Source: a virus
Virus record (IMG/VR): IMGVR_UViG_3300009182_000050
Span: 1-64,000 of that record
Reading direction: 5' to 3' (one strand)
Length of the DNA stretch: 64,000 nt
The position numbers and the translations under genes are program-made. The notes beneath the pieces were generated by a model. It was not told where the DNA came from. It was given only the letters and a program-made list of their open reading frames with translations, and did no database searches. This document shows positions 44,253 to 52,525 of this stretch, piece after piece. Numbering within the stretch: the stretch's first letter is position 1; every line of letters begins with the position of its first letter.

Positions 44253-44407
44253 TTTTTATCCTTACCCCTACTTTTTTGTTTATCTTCAACAAATCTAGTA
44301 CAACTACAATCAAAACAGTTTGCCATCATTAAAAGATGTTGAGATTCCGGATGGCCGCAGTCGCAGGGTAGGTCTGGAAGTTTTGAGTTAGAAGTTTTAC
44401 GCTTCAC
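44249..44407 (-). CDS. Small Cys-rich protein (not in ORF track)
   Basis: PCDCGH...CFDCSC; overlaps both neighbours. Confidence 0.5.
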   Translation of the reverse strand: MKRKTSNSKLPDLPCDCGHPESQHLLMMANCFDCSCTRFVEDKQKSRGKDKK

Positions 44408-44567
44408 TAGATTCCTCTTCTAGTAAAAAGTCAGTCCACTCTGGGATATAACTTTCAATCAATATTCCTAGTTCATTACAATTGTCGTGCTTGGTGCAAG
44501 AGTTTAAGTCAATAACTTTATCTAGTATGTTTCCAACAATTCGTTCTCTAATCTCATTGTTGGTCAT
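44397..44567 (-). CDS. Small hypothetical protein (not in ORF track)
   Basis: 56-aa ORF with ATGA overlap. Confidence 0.5.
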   Translation of the reverse strand: MTNNEIRERIVGNILDKVIDLNSCTKHDNCNELGILIESYIPEWTDFLLEEESSEA

Positions 44568-44776
44568 TGCTCATCGTCTAACGCTTCAATAGTTGGGCAC
44601 GGATAAATGTGGTCACATCCTACACAGTCACCTGTGTCTGGGTATTCGTAATGCAACTCACGCACTCGCTCAATGGCTTCAGTCTTTTGCTTGTTTAGTT
44701 CTATATAGTGAACAGCAGTTGCGTTCCAGTCAACTTCACCAACATCAATAGTTTCAATTTTTTTCGGTGTCGTCAT
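44564..44776 (-). CDS. Hypothetical zinc-binding protein
   Basis: AIERVRELH...CVGC...YPCPT. Confidence 0.65.
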   Translation of the reverse strand: MTTPKKIETIDVGEVDWNATAVHYIELNKQKTEAIERVRELHYEYPDTGDCVGCDHIYPCPTIEALDDEQ

Positions 44777-44942
44777 TTAGAATCCTAGAAACTTCCTCTG
44801 CCGAAATAAGGTGCTGGTTAACTACAGGGTCACGCTCAATAGAACGCTTAACTAAATCCTTGAGACGCGCAATGGTCTTTTCAAACTTATCAATCTGCTT
44901 GAGATAGTAAGTTTCGGTAGCGTACTTCTTTCTCTCAGTCAT
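44754..44942 (-). CDS. Hypothetical protein
   Basis: Coupled ORF. Confidence 0.55.
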   Translation of the reverse strand: MTERKKYATETYYLKQIDKFEKTIARLKDLVKRSIERDPVVNQHLISAEEVSRILNDDTEKN

Positions 44943-45223
44943 ACTTGAACAGACCCTTCCTTCTCTATGAGTTCGCTTAGTTCTAATTCTAAGGACTTGT
45001 CCATACTAAAGGCTGTAGCAACAAGCAACTCTGAGACAGAGATGTTAAGAGCTCGACAAATGTTCTCCAGCAACTCTGAAGAAACTTCTTTAAGCCCTCG
45101 CTCAACTTCGCTGAGATAACCAAGAGACATAAAGGAATTCTTTGCAATCACGCGCATAGTGCGATTATTCTTATCTCGCTCTGCACGGATTGCCTGACCT
45201 AAAGCTTCTCTAAGTAATGTCAT
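44939..45223 (-). CDS. clgR: ClgR-like XRE-family transcriptional regulator
   Basis: LLREALG..R...SLGYLSEVERG.KEVSSELL..IC.AL, the actinobacterial ClgR signature. Confidence 0.8.
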   Translation of the reverse strand: MTLLREALGQAIRAERDKNNRTMRVIAKNSFMSLGYLSEVERGLKEVSSELLENICRALNISVSELLVATAFSMDKSLELELSELIEKEGSVQV

Positions 45224-45441
45224 TGTGTAGGTGGTTCCTGTCTAGTTCGGTAAATATCTGTTAGAGAATCAACAACTGCGTAAGTTGCTTCAAAAAAATC
45301 TGCTGTTGTGACTGCCAAATCAGATGGGTGATGCTTCTGAGATTTATCATTCTTGTATCGCTGTCTAAAGAAAGCCTCGTGTGCTTTGTTCACAAAAGAA
45401 ATGTACTCATCAATTGTCATATAAACATCTGGTTTTCTCAT
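45220..45441 (-). CDS. Hypothetical protein
   Basis: ATGA overlap with the clgR-like gene. Confidence 0.55.
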   Translation of the reverse strand: MRKPDVYMTIDEYISFVNKAHEAFFRQRYKNDKSQKHHPSDLAVTTADFFEATYAVVDSLTDIYRTRQEPPTQ

Positions 45442-45502
45442 ATCTGTATGTTAGATGATTGTGTCGTTGCTTGCAAGTATCGGGGTGGGGTATTGTTTGA
45501 AT

Positions 45503-46270
45503 ATGAATGAAATTAATAAAAATGAAACAGTTTGTGTGTCTTGGTGTCACCACGGTCAAGTGGATGCCTTCTTTGCTCACTCTATGATAGACCTTATCCG
45601 GACAAGAAGTGAGAAGATTAAAAACTTCCACGATATTCTAGGAACTGGTCTTCTAGCCAAAAGTCGTAATATCTTGGTTAACTCTTTTTTGGAGAATACG
45701 GAAGATGACTGGCTGCTTCTTGTGGACTCTGATGAATATATAACGGTAGATGCTTTTGACAAGCTTATGTCAGTGGCAGATAAAGATAAGTATCGTATTA
45801 TATCAGGTTTGTGTTTTTCTGCAAGTCCTGCTACGGATGGGGCTTTGATGCCAACTCCTACGCCAACAATTTATATTATAGATGAAGAGCAGGGATTCCT
45901 GGTTCCATATCTGGACTACCCTAAAAATAGCCTTGTGGAGATTGATTCAGCAGGAACAGGCTGTTTGCTTATACATCGCAGTGTTTTAGAGGAAATGCGG
46001 AAAGAATATAGCGGTGCAACTGGTGATAAGTGGTGCTGGTTCCAAGACGGTCCAGTTGAGGATAATGGTGTCGTGGAGTGGATATCTGAAGACCTTATGT
46101 TCTGCCGCAGGGTAAAAGGTATTGGAGTGAAGATTTTTGCCCATACAGGTGCACTTTTCCCACATCACAAGGACTTTTGGCTACTTGAGTCGCATTATGA
46201 CAGTTGGTATGCAGATACTAAGGCTACCCTGCTTAATCGTAGAGAACGCAGAAAAAAGTCTAAATCTTGA
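45503..46270 (+). CDS. GT2-like glycosyltransferase
   Basis: RNILV..FL, LLVDSD, AGTGCLLIHR and SEDLMFC motifs; probable leaderless start. Confidence 0.8.
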   Translation: MNEINKNETVCVSWCHHGQVDAFFAHSMIDLIRTRSEKIKNFHDILGTGLLAKSRNILVNSFLENTEDDWLLLVDSDEYITVDAFDKLMSVADKDKYRIISGLCFSASPATDGALMPTPTPTIYIIDEEQGFLVPYLDYPKNSLVEIDSAGTGCLLIHRSVLEEMRKEYSGATGDKWCWFQDGPVEDNGVVEWISEDLMFCRRVKGIGVKIFAHTGALFPHHKDFWLLESHYDSWYADTKATLLNRRERRKKSKS

Positions 46271-46353
46271 GTTTAACTAGTTAGTTATACTAGGGAAAAG
46301 ATAATAATTCCCTGAAGACTGGCCGGCTGGAAACAGCTGGCTTTTCTTTTGCC

Positions 46354-46695
46354 TGTGGATAACTTTTTGGGGTTGGAGGATTTTGGGGGGTTATAGGGGG
46401 TAGATTGGGGGGTTGGAAATCAGTTTTCTGGGGTCAGAGGAGGGGGTGCTAGACGTGGTAGAAGAGGGGGTAAATTGAAAGATACTATCGGGAAAAATGT
46501 AGTTGCGATGAAAAAAATTGGATAGTAAGACTATAAAAACTATATATGCATATTGCATATACTACTTTATTTCTACTACGCGCGTACGCGCACGCGTATG
46601 GGGTACTGAAAAAGTTAGTTGGATATGCAATATGCATATATAGTTTATAGTTTGCTAAGGTATATAGTTTGTGCTAGGATGTTGGCTGTGGATAA
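46354..46695. other. Putative replication origin: two DnaA boxes, G-rich tract, 24-bp perfect inverted repeat around an alternating purine-pyrimidine core
   Basis: TGTGGATAA at 46354 and 46687; arms 46537-46560 and 46623-46646; close to the coding-strand switch. Confidence 0.6.
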
Positions 46696-46719
46696 CTTTA
46701 AGAAGAAAAGGTTGGAAGT

Positions 46720-46905
46720 ATGAGTGCGATGAAGCGTGAGCTTGAAGACAGGGCTGAACAATTACTTGGATATTTATTTCCGAAAGAGGAACGAGACAAG
46801 TGGACCTTGGAAGAACAGATGACTTGGGCTGGGTACGCACGAAGTGCAGCAGGAGAAATTATTGAAGCAGAAATTAAATCAGACAGAAAAAAGAAAGGAC
46901 TCTAA
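46720..46905 (+). CDS. Hypothetical protein
   Basis: First ORF after the putative origin. Confidence 0.55.
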   Translation: MSAMKRELEDRAEQLLGYLFPKEERDKWTLEEQMTWAGYARSAAGEIIEAEIKSDRKKKGL

Positions 46906-46906
46906 A

Positions 46907-47125
46907 TTGAATTTGGGATTGGAGTTGGTGCTATTGCTTGGAATCTTTTTAGCAGGTTTTGCTGGAAGTTTGCTCGCGATACTTGGATACACGAGTTACC
47001 AGAAAAGAAAGCAACTGAAAGTTGCAATGAATCTCTATAAAGAACTTAGAGAAAAGATAGATACCGAAATTAGTTTTGCTGAATTAGCAGAGCAACTACG
47101 AAAGGAAGGTTTTGGAAATGACTGA
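46907..47125 (+). CDS. Membrane protein
   Basis: AAGGA SD, TTG start, N-terminal TM. Confidence 0.6.
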   Translation: MNLGLELVLLLGIFLAGFAGSLLAILGYTSYQKRKQLKVAMNLYKELREKIDTEISFAELAEQLRKEGFGND

Positions 47126-47594
47126 AACTAATAACGCATCGCGTGATGCTTTAGCAGCACTTGGACTAACCGTTGAGGAAGTTCAAGAAGTTGATGGGAC
47201 ACTACGACAGCAAAAGTTTGGGACAGATAGACGAGTTTGTTTATGTGGACACGGAGCACCGAAGCATACGGAAGTTGCTGGGCGTTCAATGTGTAAACCA
47301 TCACGATACGCCTGTCCTTGCAAGAACCTACGACCGGTACTAGAAGCCGAAGATGTAAGACCGTTTCTGTGCCGGACAGTCGGTGGTGGAGCGATGCACG
47401 CTTTGGTTCGTGGAATCAGTTCGCTCGCAGTTCGTGGAAAAAGTTCGCATTGGATTATTGAGTTGAAGTGCGATAGATGTCAGGGAACAGACGAAGTTGT
47501 CGTACCAGTTCCTGTAACCGAACACGGTAAAGCAACTACCTACGCAACTGGGTTTGATGCTCTGTTATGTCAGACTTGCCGAGAGGAAGTCTAA
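47118..47594 (+). CDS. Cys-rich zinc-binding protein
   Basis: CLCGH..H, CPC, CDRC and CQTC motifs. Confidence 0.7.
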   Translation: MTETNNASRDALAALGLTVEEVQEVDGTLRQQKFGTDRRVCLCGHGAPKHTEVAGRSMCKPSRYACPCKNLRPVLEAEDVRPFLCRTVGGGAMHALVRGISSLAVRGKSSHWIIELKCDRCQGTDEVVVPVPVTEHGKATTYATGFDALLCQTCREEV

Positions 47595-47596
47595 CA

Positions 47597-47728
47597 ATGA
47601 GATGCATCATTTGTGATGCTATTGTCTACGATGAGTTTATGTTGATAGATGGAATGGATGACAAGCCAATCTGTCTCAACTGTGATGATGAAGAAACAAT
47701 CTCACTTTGGAAGGAGGAAAGAAACTAA
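47597..47728 (+). CDS. Small zinc-finger protein (not in ORF track)
   Basis: CIIC...CLNC. Confidence 0.5.
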   Translation: MRCIICDAIVYDEFMLIDGMDDKPICLNCDDEETISLWKEERN

Positions 47729-48054
47729 TGTGGGAGTTTTTAGTTGGGCTGTCTATGGGAACAATTTTTGGATTTCTTATCTACGCTTTAGTCAACTCTG
47801 ATGAGTTAGATAAACTAGACCGTCCGTCCGACACGCGCAAAAAGTAATTTCTGGAAACAGTTTTTCAGCAAGTTTCTCTATAATAGTTTTGTTTTTTAAG
47901 AATCCTTTTCCTGCACGAAAAAAGAGATTTTTGTTTATGAAAGGCCGAAAAGGTACGCCTGTCTCTCCACGCGCCGTTTTTTCGTCCAAACTTTTTGGTA
48001 ATATCCTTTGGTATATCGGAACTTCAGGTTCTGACTTGACAAAGGATAAAAAAT

Positions 48055-48435
48055 ATGTATGATACAAAATTCCTGACGGCCGTCGCTGAACGAGCTATCA
48101 AGACATTTGCACAGACTCTCTTAGCAACCATCGGAGCTGATTCTGCTGGCGTGCTAGATGCAACAACCGTAGATGCAGCCAAAGTTGCTGCAGGTGCGAC
48201 CCTTCTCTCAATCTTGACCAGTTTCGCTTCTAGCGCAACCGGTCGCTCAGGTCCATCACTTGCCAGCGAAACAACCGACCCGGATGTGGAATTTATTCTT
48301 CCAACTCCTGTAACGGCATCAACGGCCTCTAAGACCACAACCAATGCGGCCAGCACAAAGGCAACCGTAAAGGTTACTCCTGCTAAGAATCCAACGGCCA
48401 AGAAGAAGCCAGCGGCTAAGAAAACTGAGCAATAG
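48055..48435 (+). CDS. Holin (r1t-like)
   Basis: AERAIKTFAQ...LLSILTS...GPSL signature. Confidence 0.85.
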   Translation: MYDTKFLTAVAERAIKTFAQTLLATIGADSAGVLDATTVDAAKVAAGATLLSILTSFASSATGRSGPSLASETTDPDVEFILPTPVTASTASKTTTNAASTKATVKVTPAKNPTAKKKPAAKKTEQ

Positions 48436-48595
48436 CAAGGAAAAAAATTCCAACGGGGTCGGATAGTTGAATCTTCAGCTATCCGGCCTGGTTCTAGATA
48501 ATATAACTTCCCATCTCCCTCCTGGCGGCTAGCTAGAAAACAACGGCCAGCTCTTACAGTGAGTGGGAAAAAAATTCCGAGAGGGGTAACGGCCA

Positions 48596-49561
48596 GTGTC
48601 AGAGCTTGAAAATTTTTTTCCTCCTGAGAAGCCAGCAGAAGACCCAACCGACGGCGAGCCTCGTGTAGATGCTCCTTATGACCGGCGGCCTGACTTATCG
48701 GAACTTGGTATCATAGAACACGAACGGGGCGTGTGCGAAGACACATTTGACAACCGGGCCACATTGCGGCGTGCCAAATTGAACTGGGACCCAGTGTATG
48801 ACCAGTCCGGAGGGGCAACGGGTCTTATTGCGGCGAGGTCCCAAGAGTCATCCGTTGAGCGACGGTTGCTCAGTTTAGCTGAAAAGAAGCCGCTGCTAAC
48901 GGACCCAAAAAATAATAACTCAGATTTCCTAACCGGTCTTGACCTTCTGGTTGATGACGCGGCGTGCAAGATTGTCCCACCGTGGGTGTTGGGCTCAACT
49001 CGTGCTTGGCAGCTGGAACAAAATAACGGTGGTCCGGCCAGCCCTAACCGCCAACCTGCTGGCCTGCCTCATCGGTGCCGCATTATGAAATCAGACGGCC
49101 TGCGTTGCCAGTTGTGGTCATCGGGTCGCATCAAGGATGACGGCCTGTGTCGTGTGCATTTGAAGACGGTTCGTAAACCGGGTGAGGATGTTGAACGGGC
49201 AAGACGCAAACTCATCCAAGCTGCACCGTACGCTGTAGATGTTCTTGAAGAATTAATGGAAACGGCTGAGTCTGAACCGGTGCGTCTGAAGGCGAGCACC
49301 GAGATTCTTGACCGTGCCGGCGTGCGTGCTGGTATGGATTTGAGCGTGGACATTGAAGTTAACGATGCACGGCCTCCGCATGTAATTGTGGCGGAACGGT
49401 TGCAACGGCTTGCTGCTGGAGCTGCAAACATTGCCGCTCAGTTGGAAGCAACAAATAATATTATAGATGCCGAAGTTGTTGAGAGCAGCGGCGAGCCAGT
49501 ACAGGAAAAAAATTCTGAGGAACCAACGGATGCTCAGTCGGATGAGAGCGGCGAGCGATGA
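48596..49561 (+). CDS. Terminase small subunit-like protein
   Basis: C-x9-C...CRVH zinc motif followed by A.YAVDVLEELM...SEPVRLKASTEILDRAG helix pair. Confidence 0.6.
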   Translation: MSELENFFPPEKPAEDPTDGEPRVDAPYDRRPDLSELGIIEHERGVCEDTFDNRATLRRAKLNWDPVYDQSGGATGLIAARSQESSVERRLLSLAEKKPLLTDPKNNNSDFLTGLDLLVDDAACKIVPPWVLGSTRAWQLEQNNGGPASPNRQPAGLPHRCRIMKSDGLRCQLWSSGRIKDDGLCRVHLKTVRKPGEDVERARRKLIQAAPYAVDVLEELMETAESEPVRLKASTEILDRAGVRAGMDLSVDIEVNDARPPHVIVAERLQRLAAGAANIAAQLEATNNIIDAEVVESSGEPVQEKNSEEPTDAQSDESGER

Positions 49562-49722
49562 CAACGGAAAATATAATAGCAGCGGCGAGCAAGCTAGCCG
49601 ATGAGCTAACTGGTGACATTGAACTCGCGAAGAACCGGGAAGACCACATCCGAGTAACGGCGAGGGCTAACGCAGCTAGGGAACTGGTTAATCTTTTAAC
49701 GGCCAGCGGCGTGCAGGCCTGA
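49558..49722 (+). CDS. Small helical protein (not in ORF track)
   Basis: ATGA overlap with the TerS-like gene; 54 aa. Confidence 0.5.
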   Translation: MTTENIIAAASKLADELTGDIELAKNREDHIRVTARANAARELVNLLTASGVQA

Positions 49723-49814
49723 CCCCCCAGAAATTTTTTTCCTAACGGCCAGCTCCTGCAGCTCCGGAGAAAAACCTGCAGCAAGAAAAAATAATAACGG
49801 CGTGCACTGAAGGC

Positions 49815-49843
49815 TTGACAAACGAAGCCAACCGTGCTAACGT
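49815..49843 (+). promoter_or_regulatory. SigA-type promoter
   Basis: TTGACA-17nt-TAACGT with extended TG. Confidence 0.7.
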
Positions 49844-49849
49844 ATGTAA

Positions 49850-49932
49850 CGAGTGCTGGTGGGGAAGCTGGTACTCAACCGATGAACCTCAGGGTTTCGC
49901 TTAACGGCGAGAGGCCTGGGGTTTTTCGTTTT
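49850..49932 (+). ncRNA. Candidate small RNA (GGGGAA-loop hairpin plus terminator)
   Basis: Promoter, 10-bp G.U-rich stem 49851-49876, terminator 49885-49932, no ORF. Confidence 0.5.
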
Positions 49933-50193
49933 TAACTGGGACTGGGGAGGTAGCTCGCCTGGCGGATGTACAAATTATAATTTCCGCTTTCCCAGGCACT
50001 GGAAACTTGAACAGCTTTTGAACAGCTTTTGATTTGAAACGGTTGAAACGGTTGTCTACCGGGGAAGATGACCAAGTTATTATCTTTTCCCGAAAAACCC
50101 CTTAGGGACATAAAACTCAGATTTGCAAAATCTTTTTCAAACTTTTTTCAAAAACTTTCAAAAAATGTCAGACCCCTGTGTAACAATGTATTT

Positions 50194-50433
50194 ATGACAC
50201 ATTCACAGAACGACCCAGACACAACCGCAAACTATCTAGGCTTGATGCTGATGATGGGATTCCCAGCAACTTCGCTGCAGAAGTTCGGGAATGAAATTGA
50301 GATTCCAGATGGTGCTATTGAAGACCGGCTTCTGGAAATTGCAAAGCTTCGGAACAACCTTCCAGAAGTTGTTGACCCTGATACCGGACTCAATGCTGAA
50401 GTCATTGATTTGTTCACAAAGCGTCCGATTTGA
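50194..50433 (+). CDS. Hypothetical protein
   Basis: Probable leaderless ATG at 50194. Confidence 0.55.
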   Translation: MTHSQNDPDTTANYLGLMLMMGFPATSLQKFGNEIEIPDGAIEDRLLEIAKLRNNLPEVVDPDTGLNAEVIDLFTKRPI

Positions 50434-50490
50434 CACGAGGCCTGAAAGGGCGTAAACTCCATCATAGATTCATTACGAAGGGAGAATCAC

Positions 50491-50643
50491 ATGCGTAATT
50501 GCGACATTTGCAAAGACCGCGAATCAAAGTACGATGCTCGTACGATTTGGGGTCCTTGGGCTTATGTGTGCGAGAACTGCTTCAAGCAGTACACACATAA
50601 CAAAGTTGAACTCGGTTTTGCTACCAAGTTGACAGCGGCGTAA
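50491..50643 (+). CDS. Small zinc-finger protein (not in ORF track)
   Basis: Promoter 50430-50458, AAGGGAG SD, CDIC..YDART..GPWAYVCENC. Confidence 0.75.
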   Translation: MRNCDICKDRESKYDARTIWGPWAYVCENCFKQYTHNKVELGFATKLTAA

Positions 50644-50657
50644 GACCCGTGTATAAC
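50629..50657 (+). promoter_or_regulatory. SigA-type promoter
   Basis: TTGACA-17nt-TATAAC. Confidence 0.75.
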
Positions 50658-50663
50658 TGAATA

Positions 50664-50900
50664 ACAACATTCTATCCCTAGATTATTTTGGACATTTAGG
50701 GCTAGATAACCGCACAGGCCTGAGGGTTTTGCCTTACTCCTCCCTCAGACTTTTGGGAGTGCGTTGTCCCGGCACTCGCGAACACGGGACACTTAAGTTT
50801 CCTAACTCAAAAGGTTAGGATTTCGCAAGCATCAAAGGAACGGTTCTGGAGATGCGAGGCTTGGTGGGTTGCTCCGCCACCTGCGAACACGGAGCATTTC
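50664..50900 (+). ncRNA. Candidate structured ncRNA with hairpins and two homologous H-type pseudoknots
   Basis: Stems 50671-50706, 50720-50748 and 50800-50820; pseudoknots 50757-50791 and 50863-50896 with compensatory changes. Confidence 0.65.
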
Positions 50901-50925
50901 AAACTACAGAAGGAAAAAAACTACA

Positions 50926-51147
50926 GTGACAAAACAACTGACCGGCATGCCGTGGCTTCGCCAGCGCATGACCACACTGAAATACACATCACTAGAGCAA
51001 GTAGCTGTTGACATGGGAATCAACCGTGGCAACCTGTACCGGTACTTCGCGTTAGAGACGCGGCCAAGTATCGCGATGCTTCCGGTGATGACAGAAGTTC
51101 TCGGCGTGAAGACGGACGAGATGCTACGCGTACTGGAAGTCAAGTAA
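50926..51147 (+). CDS. XRE-family HTH protein
   Basis: SLEQVAVDMGINRGNLYRY...RPS; AAGGA SD before GTG at 50926. Confidence 0.8.
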   Translation: MTKQLTGMPWLRQRMTTLKYTSLEQVAVDMGINRGNLYRYFALETRPSIAMLPVMTEVLGVKTDEMLRVLEVK

Positions 51148-51335
51148 TGGAATACCTAATCGGTTCTATTATTTTGATAGTCGGCCTGATTGGATACTCC
51201 ATCTGGTGGGACTTGTACAAATCACGGCGTGTACTTATCCCAATCATCTTCAATCAGAAGAAGTATGAACGGATACAGAACGGCCTGGATAAGCACATTG
51301 AAGCGATGTGGGAACTAGCTGGAGGAAAAAAATAG
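51147..51335 (+). CDS. Small membrane protein
   Basis: N-terminal TM; coupled. Confidence 0.6.
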   Translation: MEYLIGSIILIVGLIGYSIWWDLYKSRRVLIPIIFNQKKYERIQNGLDKHIEAMWELAGGKK

Positions 51336-51544
51336 TGACGGACATCTTTCAGAGATTTGTCGCAGACATCTCTAACGAATACGGTTACTTCTGCGAAGAA
51401 GAAGGTAACACGGTGTCAATCTACAAATCGGCTCAATCCGTTGAAACCGGTGCTCAGAAGATTGGCAATTACAAAGACACAAAGACATCAACCAAGTGGG
51501 CTAAAGCAGCTATCTCATTGATTGCAGAGATTGCAGCAGCCTAG
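51335..51544 (+). CDS. Hypothetical protein
   Basis: GGAGG SD, GTG start. Confidence 0.6.
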   Translation: MTDIFQRFVADISNEYGYFCEEEGNTVSIYKSAQSVETGAQKIGNYKDTKTSTKWAKAAISLIAEIAAA

Positions 51545-51555
51545 CAAGAAAAAAT

Positions 51556-51608
51556 AAATCCCCCTTCAAGCTGGTGCAAAGATGCCAGCAAGGGGGATTT
51601 TCTTTTTG
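51556..51608 (+). terminator. Intrinsic terminator
   Basis: aaatcccctt...aagggggattt hairpin with U tract. Confidence 0.75.
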
Positions 51609-51794
51609 CTAGGTCCGGGAAAAAAATTTTTGATACCTCGTGCGGCCGGCCAACTCAGCTGCCCCCGGACCAGAAAAGATAATTTCGGTTCTCGTCATCT
51701 CCGGCGATTGACGACACGCTACGATTTGACAAAAAAGAAATAATAGACATAGAATCAGTTTTGTAAGTCCAACACCTACACAAGGGAGATACCA

Positions 51795-51995
51795 GTGAAC
51801 TGGAATCAGTTTCTAAATGCAGTACGCGAGAGTTACAACTTCTGGGAAGATGAAGAAACTCTCACCAAGTTACAAGATGCTTTCTACAACACAGAGAAAG
51901 ATGTTGAGAACGAAGGCAACGAAGAACTTGACCAAGATGGTTGGTGGGAGATTGCAATCATCAACATCGAGCAACTCGGATTTGAGGTGAAGTAG
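51795..51995 (+). CDS. Hypothetical acidic early protein
   Basis: AAGGGAG SD. Confidence 0.7.
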   Translation: MNWNQFLNAVRESYNFWEDEETLTKLQDAFYNTEKDVENEGNEELDQDGWWEIAIINIEQLGFEVK

Positions 51996-51997
51996 AG

Positions 51998-52525
51998 ATG
52001 CCAAACTGGGTCTACAACTCGTTACTCATAGAAGGTGACGAAGACACGATTGACAAACTTCGTGCGACTCTCAAACAGCCTCACGACTTAGTAGATGGTG
52101 GTACTCCATACAAAGTGGACCAACCAATCTCATTTCATAACATCGTGCCGCTACCTTCAGAAGAACTAACCACGATTGACCAGCACACAGCGTGGGGAAC
52201 AAAATGGGACGCTTGTTATCCAGAAGAAAGTGATGCTGATGATGTCACACAACTCGTCTACACTTTCCAGACTGCGTGGTCTGTTCCTACTCCGGTGATG
52301 TACGCACTCGCAACTCAATGGCCGACTCTGGACATCTTTCTTGACTTTGAAGAAGAGACAGGTTGGTTCGGAGAACTTCAATTCAAAGGTGGAGTTATGG
52401 TCAAGGAAAGCTTCATCGAACCTGTCTGCCATCAAGACTATGTTGATGGTGACAGAGTGTGTCAATGCGAGAATGACGAAGCACGATACGAAGACTGTCC
52501 AAACTACGAAGACCCTGAAGACTAA
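51998..52525 (+). CDS. DUF1281/YubB ferredoxin-like domain protein
   Basis: MPNW..N, WGTKWD and FQTAWS.P motifs. Confidence 0.85.
   Translation: MPNWVYNSLLIEGDEDTIDKLRATLKQPHDLVDGGTPYKVDQPISFHNIVPLPSEELTTIDQHTAWGTKWDACYPEESDADDVTQLVYTFQTAWSVPTPVMYALATQWPTLDIFLDFEEETGWFGELQFKGGVMVKESFIEPVCHQDYVDGDRVCQCENDEARYEDCPNYEDPED

Noticed and set aside
48024-48647. 207-aa minus-strand ORF
   Set aside because: It is antisense to the holin and the TerS-like gene.
50757-50896. HDV-like/theta ribozyme call (GTCCC...GCGAA..GGGAC resembles HDV P2 and J4/2)
   Set aside because: P3, L3, P1.1 and P4 are absent; only a simple H-type pseudoknot is supported.
50869-50925. N-terminal extension of the XRE ORF given in the track
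   Set aside because: It overlaps pseudoknot 2, and the SD supports GTG at 50926.
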